Below, in pieces: positions 1 to 11,766 of a DNA stretch of 51,642 nucleotides (the stretch's first letter is position 1; each line of letters begins with the position of its first letter). The stretch covers positions 44,608-96,249 of the forward strand of contig MQRK01238430.1 in assembly GCA_001938485.1 (NCBI GenBank), given 5' to 3'. The position numbers and the translations under genes are program-made. The notes below the pieces were generated by a model, which had not been told where the DNA came from, did no database searches, and saw only the letters and a list, made by a program, of their open reading frames with translations. Source of the DNA: Girardia tigrina (Eukaryota).

Positions 1-635
1 GAAAGATGCTACAAGGAGTTTGCCAAAAAGAAGGAGCTGAACAGACACATGAAAAGGGACCACGCGGTGTCCACTTCCGCTAATCCTGATCAGCTCAATG
101 AGATACAACAACAGCAATTACCATTCACATGTTCACTATGCAAAAAGTCGTACAAATCGAAGGGGTGGCTGACCAGGCACTTCTTCCGGGATCATAAATT
201 GGAGGAGACAGAAGAAATTGGAGAACCGACAATGACACCAGCGCAAACCAGTACAACCACAGAAGAAAGAGTCGTAGAAAACCTCAACATTTCAGGCAAC
301 CAGATTTAATCCGTGACGGACCCACCGACTATCTCGACGGCGGTGGAAGAAGCGATAGGTACTGAAGAAATACATCTGACTTTTAGGATTGCAGATCTAA
401 CTACAAGGGGGGAGTTCAGATGTTCCTTTCGCAGCTGTACGAAGTCCACTGCCAAAGGTATGCAGAACCATGGCTATACAACCCATGGGTGGTCGTTTCT
501 CACAAGATCTCGGAGACCAAAACTATCCGACCCCGTAGGAGGCCTATCGGGGGGCTGCTAGTGATTCTTTAGTTTGATTCTTTAATTCTAAAGAGCCTAG
601 AGGCTCAATACCATTCGAAAGAGATTGGAGGCCCA
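1..635 (+). mobile_element. Zinc-finger-encoding repeat element (three C2H2-like fingers, one in-frame stop) ending in a multi-hairpin module; 5' end lies outside the window
   Basis: Frame 1 reads CYKEFAKKKELNRHMKRDH, CSLCKKSYKSKGWLTRHFFRDH and CSFRSCTKSTAKGMQNHGYTTH. It is homologous to 26526-27133 and shares the 3' end GAGRCCCA. The finger array resembles the N-termini of R2/NeSL/CRE-type non-LTR elements, but no RT is present. Confidence 0.6.
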
Positions 636-1350
636 CATGTACCCATATCTATTGATCATGGTGGACCAGTTTTCGAAATTGGTCTCTTTGTCAGAGGTTA
701 GAACTTAAAACGAAGACACCATAGTTCAATGCGTGTTGATAAAATGGATATATAGATATGGGAAGCCAAAAACAATATTAACAGACAATGGAAAATGTTT
801 TACTGGCGGAAAATTTAAAGATTTTTGCAGGAAATTTGGAATCGAACAAAGATTTAGTAGCCCATTTCAACATCAATCAAACGGTTTGGCAGAAAGAACT
901 ATTTGAACAGTGAGAGACATGATAGTAACAAGCAGAGGAGACACAGACAAATGATCATGGTGGCAAATCGTTCCGAAGATAGAATTCTGTCTAAATGCAA
1001 CAGTTCAGAGTACGACCGGATATTTGCCCTTCGAAGTTGTGTTTGATAGAAAAATAAACTTATATGCGACAGCAGGAATAGCTAAAACGGAAGAGAGCAA
1101 CGTGATCAAGATGAAGGTAAGAGAAAATTTAGAGAAAGCGGCAAGACGAATGGAAAATTGGGAGAGAGAAAAGAGAACAAATCGACATTTCGAGGATGGT
1201 CAGAAAGTCTTTGTAAAACAAGATCCTACAAAACTGAGAAAGGACACTTTCCCATTCGATGGACCGTACCAAATTTTAAGACATATATCGCCACGTCAAT
1301 TGGAACTACAGAATCTGAAACATGGAAACATAATTCGTCGAAGAAAGTAA
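636..1350 (+). mobile_element. Ty3/gypsy integrase, pseudogenised
   Basis: YLLIMVDQFSK...WIYRYGKPKTILTDNG...SSPFQHQSNGLAERTI...LNATVQSTTGYLPFEVVF...FDGPYQI gives the DDE core plus GPY/F motif, with in-frame stops. Confidence 0.92.
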
Positions 1351-1362
1351 ATAACGAATTAT

Positions 1363-1650
1363 AAAAGAGGGGAAAGTTGTGATTAATTATTTGTTTAAGT
1401 ATTCTAAAAAGATTGTAAATATTAAATAAATTCTACTTGTTGATATTATGAATCCTGAAGTGAAACCTGGAGATTTAACTATAAATATATATTATATAAA
1501 CCGTCATTACAATAGTAATTCTGTTCAGTACGATAGGAACCACAGATTCGGATCACTGGTAAATGTGCTTGATCGAAAGGTCAGTGGCACGAAGCTACCA
1601 TCCGAGAGATTAAGAACATATGCGTGTGTATGTGTGTGTGTGAATTAGCT
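1363..1650 (+). repeat. Polypurine tract and start of the 3' LTR of the gypsy element (right end uncertain)
   Basis: AAAAGAGGGGAAAG at 1363-1376 just after the integrase stop, followed by TGT at 1378. Confidence 0.7.
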
Positions 1651-1795
1651 CTAAAACGTATTTTAAATTTACTAAAAAAACCCTATCATTAGCATTACTT
1701 AAAATACCTAAAGATGCATTTTAAATCCAGCAACTTAGTTTTAAAATTAGTTTTAACATTAAAACTTAAAAATATTCTAATTAAGGATTTCTTAC

Positions 1796-2078
1796 CGGAA
1801 TCATTTAACTTCACTGGACTATCATTATTTGAAATGGACTCTGTTAGATCTTTACTACTTTGACAATTACTGAAAGGTTCTTCATATTGTTCAGTATAAT
1901 TATTTGAATTTCCGTAATTTGGCTTGAGAATTTTCAATTCAACATTCGAACCAACATTGCACAATATTTTAACTGCTTCTTCGTGAGTGACATCTGTTAG
2001 CAAATAATCATTTACTTGCACCAACTTGTCACCCTCCGATATTAACCCAGTAGCTGCAGCGACTCCATGTTCGGAAAT
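1796..2078 (-). CDS. dlg1: Discs large homolog exon: PDZ2 C-terminal half and following linker (gene continues beyond the left edge)
   Basis: Acceptor AG at 2080-2079 and donor GTAAG at 1795-1791. Encodes ISEHGVAAATGLISEGDKLVQVNDYLLTDVTHEEAVKILCNVGSNVELKILKP and joins the previous exon in phase 0. Confidence 0.93.
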
Positions 2079-2430
2079 CTAACATAAGTCTTATTATAAC
2101 CATTGTGATCTTATAAATGAAAACATTAATATTATAACTTTATTTTACAAAACTTATATTTTAGACATTAAGTCATGGATTACTTATTACTAAAACACAC
2201 ATTAAAGGTAAATGATGAATGTAAAATTCTATTTTGAAAACATGAAAAACAATATTTTCATTCATATGACAATGAATCAGTTCTCTATTTTTCATCATAA
2301 ATTATAAATACATTTAATCGTTCGTATGTGGAATAATCTTGCAATGATTTAGGAATCTTCGTTGTATTTAGGTGATTGGTATATTACATATACTTACCAG
2401 GAAATGTGAACGAAACTTATGCGAAAATGT

Positions 2431-2827
2431 TCTTATTAATACTATAATAGAATTATGATTTCTGTCTGTCATTCTGACTGTGTGAAATTCCCGGAAATTC
2501 AGTAAAACAAATTTAATTATTTTTTTTTAATTCTGGAAAACGGAAATCTGCCCCCCCCCAAACAAAAATTAAGAAGAAAATCAGTAGCTTAAATTTTTCT
2601 AAGACTTTTGACATCAATATAAAAATAATTTAGTTAATTTATTAATAATTTATTCATGCAATTAATTATTATAAATGAATTATAAATTTGTGTGGGGGCA
2701 GATCAAATTAATTACTTTAACTAATTAATACTATAATAGAATTATGATTTCTGTCTGTGTGAAGTTCCCGATGATTAAAGTGATTCGTTTAAAATTTGCA
2801 AGACCTGGCGAAACGAGTTCACCCTAG
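2431..2827 (+). mobile_element. Non-autonomous Helitron-like element with an internal duplication of its 5' segment
   Basis: 5' TC..ATACTATAATAG..CTGTCTGT is repeated at 2724-2770. The GC-richer 3' end finishes CTAG|T at 2824-2828. Confidence 0.55.
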
Positions 2828-2949
2828 TTACATATATAACACTCACTTTTAAATGACAGGTTAAAGACATTTAATGTCAACTAATAATACTAATTTAATC
2901 ATTTCACGACACATTGTAAGTAAACTAAAACCGATTTTGTTTACTACTA

Positions 2950-4820
2950 GTATGTAATGAATATAGAAACTCCAGGGGTTTAACTTTCCATTCATTTAGT
3001 TTCATTTCTATATTTTGGTAGATTACTACACGACCTTGGTAGCAAGGGATATGCATCTCTTTGGTTACCATTTGTGATTATTTGATACAGATCCCGATCC
3101 GAACTAGTTCGAATTACCGCAATCTTTAAGATTGTCACTGGCCGTCAGTTAAGGGAGTTGACTATATGGGGCAACTAAAGAGCATGAGATGAAGTCTTCT
3201 TTTCATGGGACCGATTTTAACTCTGATTTTTGGAGCATGTAATCTGGAAAGAAGTCCTCCCATCAGCCATCCCACTCCAGGGATGTGTATAGATGACTGA
3301 ATCTATATATGTCATAGAACTGCTATAAATATATCTCAGCATGGTTGTACTCGCATAAATGTGATGCATTACACCGCTACATTTTAGTGTCTGACGATAT
3401 TGCTTTCAGGTTTGTTTTCGAAGCAGTAGTTCTTAGTAGATGAAATGGGAGAAATGAGGTGGGTGTCCCACTTTTGGTCCATTTTGGCATAACGATTAGA
3501 TACAAGACGAGGTGGCTTGGGTTGCTGTCACCTTAAGACAGATTGCATTGCATACCGGGGCAACACTTGGGTGGCCTCTATGGAGGGCTTAATTACTGGT
3601 TCGGCAAAATATATCATTTTTGGTCGTAAATTCAAGGGTCCTTGAGGCGATCCTATCAAATCTTAATCAAGGATTTTACTGGCGACTGATCAGAAGCACA
3701 GCACCGTTACTGGGGTTATCAAGCCTATAGAGGTGACGAATCGGACAAGCTTTAATTGTGCTACTTACCTGTTTTTCCGAGTTTTTGTTTTTGTTCATAA
3801 AGTGAGGTTGAAGGCGTCTCACTATAATCTCCCTATCCAAACTATCCTTTGGGACCCCGTCTAAAGAAATTGTTTTAAAAGAATTGTTTCAACAGTAAAA
3901 TATTCATTTTACAGTCATTTTTGCTGTGAAAACTGGTTTTAGTGATGGCTTCTACCTATTATTCTATTATCAATCAATCAAAGCCTTGAGGTTGCAAGCA
4001 TAGATTTTTACAGTTTCTGAAACATTAAAAGGCCGCACTGCAATGGAACCTTGATCACATCTAGCCCTGAACATTCTCAGAATGAGCCCACCAGGATTCA
4101 CTTTTAGGTAGGGCTTTGACGCATCCTTGACCCGTGCATCTTGCGTCTGCCATTGTCGAAATAACTTTATTAGATGACAAGATGCATACTTGATGTTAAG
4201 TTTTACCAAAAATTCATACTGAGCATGCTCGTTGATATCCTTCTTGATATCAACAGAAGGTTCCAGAAGCAAAATTGACTCAAAATCAGTCTTTTTATCC
4301 AGAATACCAACACTTGAAAACAGTTTACTTTCTGTACTAGACAATTCTTTACTTGAAAATGTTGGTATTTTTTCTCTTAAAAGTTTTTCCTCAAAGTGAT
4401 GGAATAGCAGATCATTGATGTGAAGCCTGTAGAAAGACCAAAAGTCTTTGATAAATGAATTATTCACGAAATTGAAGCATGCCACCTTTCCTGCCCGGTA
4501 TATCGTTTGTGATATCACTGTCATTTAGTTCGAGGCTACGATATATACCTCTGTCCTTCCACCAATCGAATAGTCATATCGAACATTGTTTGGTCACTTT
4601 TTGAGTTCTTGCTTTGAACTCTGATGTATAGTGAGTAGGCTCTTCTGTTACGGCCATATGACTTTCGTTGAGGATGCGCATACTTGTGGTCTCTTCATAA
4701 TTAAGAATTAGAGTGCTATCCTTTCTGCTATCAACAACAAATATTCCAGTGATGTTACTATTAGTAACACTAGAATTCTGCTTCCGACTTTTCTTACATT
4801 TCTTCATTATTTGCCACAAA
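2950..4820 (-). pseudogene. Endogenous viral element: decayed negative-strand RNA virus L protein (RdRp) fragment
   Basis: GC-richer island with broken minus-strand frames. Motif-like segments occur in order: FRQW..RVKDASK..ILRMFRARC (about 4160-4060), MDQKWDTHL (3482-3456), GWLMG (3272-3258), TASDN (3145-3131) and KVKPLEFLYS (2987-2958). Spacing is similar to Mononegavirales-type L proteins. Confidence 0.65.
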
Positions 4821-5187
4821 ATAATGGTCTCATTTTAAATGATTTTTAACTGAAATAAATATTTAGATAAGATATACAAAATAACATTTAAAATAAATAT
4901 AATATATATCATTCATACAAATCAATAAACTGACAGTGACATATTTTGTTTATATTTATTAATTTATTTGTCGTCTTTGTTGGATAAATAAATATTAGTT
5001 TGTTCAATCATATATTTAGAAACTTCACAATGGATTTTAAGTTTGATAGACGTATAGAAGTTTCGATTCATAAAAAGATTAAAAACCTTTATTGAATACA
5101 GGTAAAAAATAACTACAAATTGAATTTCATTTTTTTCCTGAAATGTATCAATTTAGACGCTCAATCAAATCTAATAAAATGAATAAC

Positions 5188-5565
5188 CTTTGTGATATAA
5201 ATTCCTGGATCGCCAACGTAATGTTCATTTCCTCTTCCACCACCGATACTGAAACCTAAGCCACGTTCTCCTTTAACTAATGAAATAGTCAAAATTCTTG
5301 ATTTTAGAGATACAAAAGATGAATTTGATGATTTTTGACCATGACTAAGATTCGATGGTAGAGATGATGTTTTCGAAGAGGTTATCCACACGGAATTATG
5401 TGAATTAGTCTTGACATGTTCTGGTGATACTTGGGAACTAGATTTATCAGCTTGTGAATCTTGTCTACTATCGGATGCCGTCGATGCTGTTAGTGAAGCA
5501 TTTTTACGCCTCATATAACCCAGTCCGGACATTTTATGTTTAAGAGTTGGATCACGTTGAATAAT
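5188..5565 (-). CDS. dlg1: Discs large homolog exon: end of PDZ1, Ser-rich linker and PDZ2 N-terminal half
   Basis: Acceptor AG at 5567-5566 and donor GTTATT at 5187. 378 nt, phase 0-0, encoding [14 protein letters not shown]...[36 protein letters not shown]. Confidence 0.93.
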
Positions 5566-6439
5566 CTATAATGAAATACAATTCTGTAAAAATAAATTAA
5601 ACTTTTTGTAATGATATAATTACGTTTTCTGTGATAATAGCAAAATAATTAATTATTTTTCTATTTATCTATTATTTTGATCATTTTCTTAAAAAAAATA
5701 TTCATTCTATCATCGAGTCTAATTAAAATGTTAAACATTTAATTGAAAAGGAAATGAGCAATTATAAAAAATCATTTAACAATTGTATGTATTTCCTTTG
5801 TGCATCAACATTGAAGAATGTCGTACTTTTATAACTTCTTTATAAGATATCAGATATATAAATAAATAAATAAAATAATAAAGTACAATATAAAAATCTA
5901 TAAATTATTTATAAAAAAACAGATCTTAGCAGTAGAACTATTATGTAATAAAATCACCTATCGAAATAAAACTATATTATTCAACAAATATTTTAACGAA
6001 AGGATTAGAAAACGAGGACGTTAGGAAAATAAATGAACAAATGATCACTAGTTGAGGAAATGGATAAAATATAAATAAGTTATTTTGTATTGTTGAAATG
6101 TTTTGGAATCTTACTATTGGATGGTTCTACAGTAATAGATTAGATGATCAAAGTTTGAAGTTATTAGTTTGATGCTGGAACTTATAATTTGATTTGAGAT
6201 TGTTTTTGAAATGATTCTTGTTTGTTAATTCTTCATTATCAATTTTTCTTCTTTTTAATCTTGTCGTATTTACTATTGAAGATCGAAATTCTCCAGTATT
6301 AAATCCGTTTTATTTTGAAATTAAATAATTCGTACGATAAATGTCTCGTATTCACGAAAATGAAATATTAAATCACAATTGTTTATTATTATATGTATAT
6401 TTCAATTTTTTAAAAAAAATTATATTATATATTTGTTAT

Positions 6440-6715
6440 TTATTATTTATTCCATTCTTTGTATTAGCTTGCTTTCTATATATGTATCCATGGAATTTAG
6501 AAACCTATTTTTGAAGGCTTTTTACTCAATAAATTTTCGTCAATCTGAGCACATTTATTCATTCTCGATGACAATAAATGATAATGTGAAAATTTGATCA
6601 AAATAGTAAATCAAAAAATTGCTTTTGCAAAAAACATTTTACAATTATCCATAAATGTTTAAATTGTATTAAATAGAAATGTTGAGGTTTTTTTCCTTCC
6701 ATGCTTTATAAAAAA
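6440..6715 (+). repeat. Dispersed non-coding repeat, with inverted copies at 14195-14300 and 31735-31990
   Basis: TATGTATCCATGGAATTTAGAAACCTATTTTTGAAG and TTTTCCTTCCATGCTTTATA are present as reverse complements at 31735-31990. Confidence 0.8.
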
Positions 6716-8491
6716 ATTCTTATATTATTAGTAACTGTTTAATTGCAAAATGGAGTTGTAAATTTTTGGTATGAAATTTTCCTTTCTACAAAAGATTTCA
6801 TTAGTTACTAATAACGTAATTAATTTATTAAAAAATGTAAAAGTAATTTTCCCATCTACAAAACATAACAAAAAAATTCTGTTGGCCAAGAAGAGTTCTG
6901 TCTCCATAAAGAATGGATTAAAAAAAATTTATTTTGATTTACTAGTTTTTATTTATATTTGAAATTTTGGTGGCTAACCATTTGAAGGTAGCGGATCAAT
7001 GAATCGCTCCTCCATGCGGTACTGGTCCAAAGACATCGCTTTGCGTCGTAAAATAAAAGAATAATTTATTTATTGTAAAAGATAATCTACATTACTTATT
7101 CAAATACTTAAGTGCGATCATAAGGCGCGTTGTTCAAAAATAAATCCAGTCTAGTTTAAAGAAGACCCTTTAACTCTCAAACATTTTTACAGATTAGAAA
7201 CAATAATATACTAGGACATTTGTCATCAGAAGTTCTATTAGCATATTTGCATTTAATTTATGGAGATATATAAGAAAAAAATGTTTAAAAACTACTTAAT
7301 CTGTAAACATTTTTCCTTGGGAAAAATTTTCGATTCTAAACAACTGAGAATTTAGAGGTAATATAGTAATATTCTTTTCTTATTGTTTGGGTTTAAAGTT
7401 TTAATAAGAAAAATTACATTTTTGCTTAAAATAATAAAACTTTACTAATAAAATTTTATAATTTTCGTAAAAGATTTCAAAAGTAAAAATTCTTTTTCAC
7501 ATCAAAATTAATTATTTTCAAAATTTTCTATTCGTTATTTTGATAGATTAGTTTGTAGTGAAGGTATTTTTCTGTGTAGAAAGGAGTGCAAATTTACTTT
7601 TTCTTTATTAGTTTTGAGATTTTTTATAATTCCCTACTCAGAATGCCACATACCAGAGTAAAATTGATGGCCATCAGACTCAGCCACTAATGGCAGGAGT
7701 TTCAAAGGATAATAAATTGTTACTTAAATTGAGAACTCCTTGGATTTCATTATTTTTGTCAACCACACAATTGTGATTTAAATAATTTTGAATTGAAAAA
7801 TACCTTATGGAATCAATTCATATATCCATCTTGGAAGAATCTTCTGATATTATTCGATAAATGCAACAAAATTAGCCATGTTAAATTTAATTTTAAAATT
7901 TTAGATACAGAGAAAGCTTGTTATTTTACCATAGAAAATGAACGTACAGAATAAAGGAAGTGGTAAATAACAAATTATGCATTTTTACGTACAATTTATA
8001 AAGGATAGTTAGAAATAAATAAGGGAGTTAGACTTGGATGTTATCTTTTTTTATATAGAAATTAAATCTAATGAATAAAGTAAATTGCAATTACAACATC
8101 AATGTATAATTTAACAAACTTTTTATCAGTGGTAATTACTGAAATATAATTAATTATATATGTGTACTTATATTCATCATTTGCAATATCTGTCAATATT
8201 ATTTGGAATAATGCTTATGTTGTAGAAATATAATAATTACAACTGTAATGAGTCCTAATGAAACAATAAAGAAACAGTCGATTTTATTTACTCTTGTTAA
8301 GACTTCCAATGCACTTGGCGCAACCAATAAAGCCTAAACTATACATTGAAGCACCATTTGAAGATTTGACTTTACAAATTTATTAACATGCTTTAATTTT
8401 TACTTCCATTTTTATTTTTTATGACTTGATCAAAGCGTCAGGTTTTTATTAAAAATAAGAAGTACAAAAATACTGACCAACCAAAAAAATA

Positions 8492-8496
<5 letters not shown>

Positions 8497-8541
<45 letters not shown>

Positions 8542-8616
8542 NNNNNNNNNNNNNNNNNNNNNNNNNNNNNNNNNNNNNNNNNNNNNNNNNNATATATATA
8601 TATATATATATATATA
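8497..8616. repeat. (TA)n microsatellite containing an assembly gap
   Basis: Direct reading. Similar (TA)n tracts occur at about 14301-14480, 14984, 32360, 38760, 42285 and 43332. Confidence 0.95.
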
Positions 8617-11600
8617 TAAGATAAATTTAACGCAACATAACCCCTTTTAAAATATTGATACAGAATAATAAAACATATCCCCGCTATCACACTTTTCAAA
8701 CTTCAAATCTCTCAGAAGGATATTGATAAAAGATGGTAATTCCAAAAATCAGTTGACTATATATTTTAGAAATACAAAAAGAACTAAAGTTAGATTAGGT
8801 CACTTAATCCTAGTCGCAATACAGCATTCAATTAAGCCAGTTTTGTACAATATAATCTCTAAATTTGGCCAAAAATGGGGAACACCAAAACAGAGTTATT
8901 AATATCTCCAATTTTCCTAATTCTTTGCATTTCTTTGATATAATTTTGTTAATTGTGAAATTTCGAATTCGATTAATAATTATGTTTCGTTTGATTAAAA
9001 AAAGATCGATGGGGTCCAAAATGATACCTATAAACTCAACGAACAAGCGAGCGAAGAATTTTTCGAAGAGGAAAATGAACTCGATCAAATCCGACAACCG
9101 CTATGCCAGCAACGATGGAATCCAATCAAAACGACTCCGAATTTTGGGATCAAAGTGCTGAGTAATCATATCCAACTTATGTCACACATCACCGAACACG
9201 ACGAAGATCCACTTTAGTCTCTCATCCGTCTCAAGATCGAAGAATTCGACGATATTAAATCGGAGTTCAAAATTATCTCCGTGTTTCCACCGAACGATTA
9301 TTGCTTAAATTCGAATATCACGGAACCGAATCGCGTCGGCGAGACGGATTGTTCAACGGAGAAATCAATGCGTTATTCGGGTGAGCTTTTATTGCGTCTA
9401 GACGCCTCCCGCCCTGCAGTTCACCCCCAGCACTAACGCGTCGCAGCCACGAGTCCACTGCGCCCATTCTATTGGTAACATGCATATAAAATAGTAATCT
9501 CATTTTACGCATCCACTGGGTTACGTCGTTTAAATAAGAATTAGGGTACAATAGGCCAAACGTAAAAAAAACTCAATACATTTTCGTATATCATTACAAG
9601 TAAAATATAAAAAATCAGCATAAAAATATCGTTCAATTTTCTTTCAGACGCCTTCGACTAATTTTGGATGTTTTAACCATTATAATTTATAACTCTTTTT
9701 ACCACATAACATAAATTATAACTAAATTTAAAACCGCCCTTTTATTAATTTTAACTTATTTAAACCAAAACAAATCTAACTTTAAACTAATCTCTGTTTA
9801 AAAATTTTTTTCTCCAACTGTTTAAAGAAAAAAAATAAGTTGCATTATGGAAAAATAAATAAGAAGAAAAAAAGTCTGTATCAAATCGATTATGTTAATA
9901 AATTTCAATAAAAAATTAAATGGAAGTAGGGAAGGAAAGCAACTTCTTTATTTTTTTCATTGAAGATTGAAAATGATATAAATAGGATTTAGAATACGAA
10001 ATTATCAATTATCTTAATAAAATAATGCATTTCCCACTTAAGAATATTAAGTGTATTTAATAATTTTCAAAATATATAACCATGGAAATATTTTAATTTT
10101 TTTATTGAATTTATAAGTTGAATTTTTTATGCTCTGATTTTACGGTGATCGAGGAAAGGTTTTAGCTTCACACAAAAGATTCGTAAATACCACTCTAGCG
10201 CTTCGGAAATGACTGAATAACAACCGAAAATCCTTACATTTCGAAATCCTAATGATTTCATCAGAAAAATGCGGCATAAAACCAAAGTGAAAGAAGTCAA
10301 CTACGTAACTCAATCTATCATTTACCGTACATTTGTATCTCACAACGATGAGCTTTCCATATGTGTTGGTATCTGCTGTTACTACTGGTGATGAATAAAG
10401 GTGCACCATAGAATTATTTCAGTTAAGAATAAATTTCATTAATCAAATCTAAAGAGATTAAAATTGATAATTTATTTGCAACGAGATACAAATTTATGTT
10501 TTACACTAATGTAAAAATCTAGAGTTCTCGGGTTCTGCATTTATTAATGACTGAACCTATTGTTGATTTTTGAATATTTTTTCCGCAAAAATGTTCCTAA
10601 AATGCTTGACATTGAAATATCTTTCAATATTCAGTAGTGAAGACTATGTAGGATACGCTCAAGAGAACTACATCCACAGAGAATCGTCCACTGAATGCAG
10701 TGTTATTGACAGTTTTAATTTCTTTGGCCAATACCGATCCCTGTGGATTATTAATCTTGTTTGCCAATGTTTGTATTGGGTTCTTGACCAAAAGACATTA
10801 TCATGAACACAAAAATTTATTTCTATAACAATTGGAATTTTTTAAACAAATATTTTTGAGGAACTTCTTGCACTTTCTTTTTACACAACCATTATAAATA
10901 AAATAGATATAAATAAAAATATGTATAGTATATTGTTTACAAATTAAAATTCTATATTTTTTTAATAAAAAATTATAGTGAATTAAAATTTTGTCACAAA
11001 GATTTTGTTGCGTCTTTTGTTAATTTTTCAATTTTATGGTACATTTAAAATTACCTGTTTCTCAATTACATTTTCCAAAATAAAATTAAAATCGCATTTT
11101 TCATTTAAGTCGATTTAATGATTTTACAATTATTTTTTTTAATTCCAATTACCATTTCCTAAAAAAATATAATTACATTTTTAATTTACTTTGATTTAAA
11201 AGTTACAAAAATAGTTTAGTTTACTTTCATTTTATTTCAATTAAATATTTTTATCAAATTTGAAATTAACTTTTTTACTTTATAATAAATATTTACATAA
11301 ATCTTTTAATAACCCTACCGTAAAATTTATTTTATTTCTTAGTTAAATTATTTTTTTACATTAAATTTCTGAAAATCTTATTTTAACATATTTATAACAA
11401 TATTTTACGGAATGTAATTGTTTATTTAATAATTTGATAAGATTCAAAAATTTTATATTTTATGAACGCTCCCAACAGTTTGTATTAATAAATGATTTTG
11501 CAATAAAACCGTATTTCGTGTTACTTGGCTGTACTCTCTTTTAGACTTATCTTCTTTATCTTTGAGTTTGAATTGTTATCCGTTTTTATACCTTGTTATA

Positions 11601-11649
11601 AACCATTTACTATTTATTTTTATCTATTAATACACAAAAAAGTTCAAAT

Positions 11650-11760
11650 TTATCATTACCCAATTGTCTCATTGGTCAAATGTCTCATTATCTATTTGTT
11701 TCAACCAATTATCCTCTTATTTAATTATCTCATTACCCAATTGTCCAATTACCTGATAGT
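11650..11760 (+). repeat. Degenerate 15-16 bp tandem array (ATTACCCAATTGTCTC-like) that resumes at about 13050-13080
   Basis: Repeated ATTACCCAATTGTC units. The same unit recurs just right of the ITmD37E element. Confidence 0.6.
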
Positions 11761-11766
11761 ACACTA

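Noticed and set aside
1-1350. A single ZnF-integrase fusion gene
   Set aside because: Stops intervene, and the ZnF/hairpin unit occurs independently at 26526-27133, so this is a juxtaposition of two elements.
1695-1795. C-terminal extensions of the PDZ ORFs (also 5161-5187, 29701-29710 and 34239-34259)
   Set aside because: Read-through past GT donors into introns.
6960-7130. GC-richer patch beginning TTTTGGTGGC as a PBS/LTR or RNA gene
   Set aside because: No partner LTR, gag or recognisable tRNA/snRNA fold could be supported.
8430-8699. YIYIYI ORFs here and at 14220-14516
   Set aside because: Translations of (TA)n microsatellites and gaps.
11650-11760. Short repeat arrays (also 41810-41878 and 50490-50575) as CRISPR-like
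   Set aside because: No unique spacers, eukaryotic context and no cas genes.
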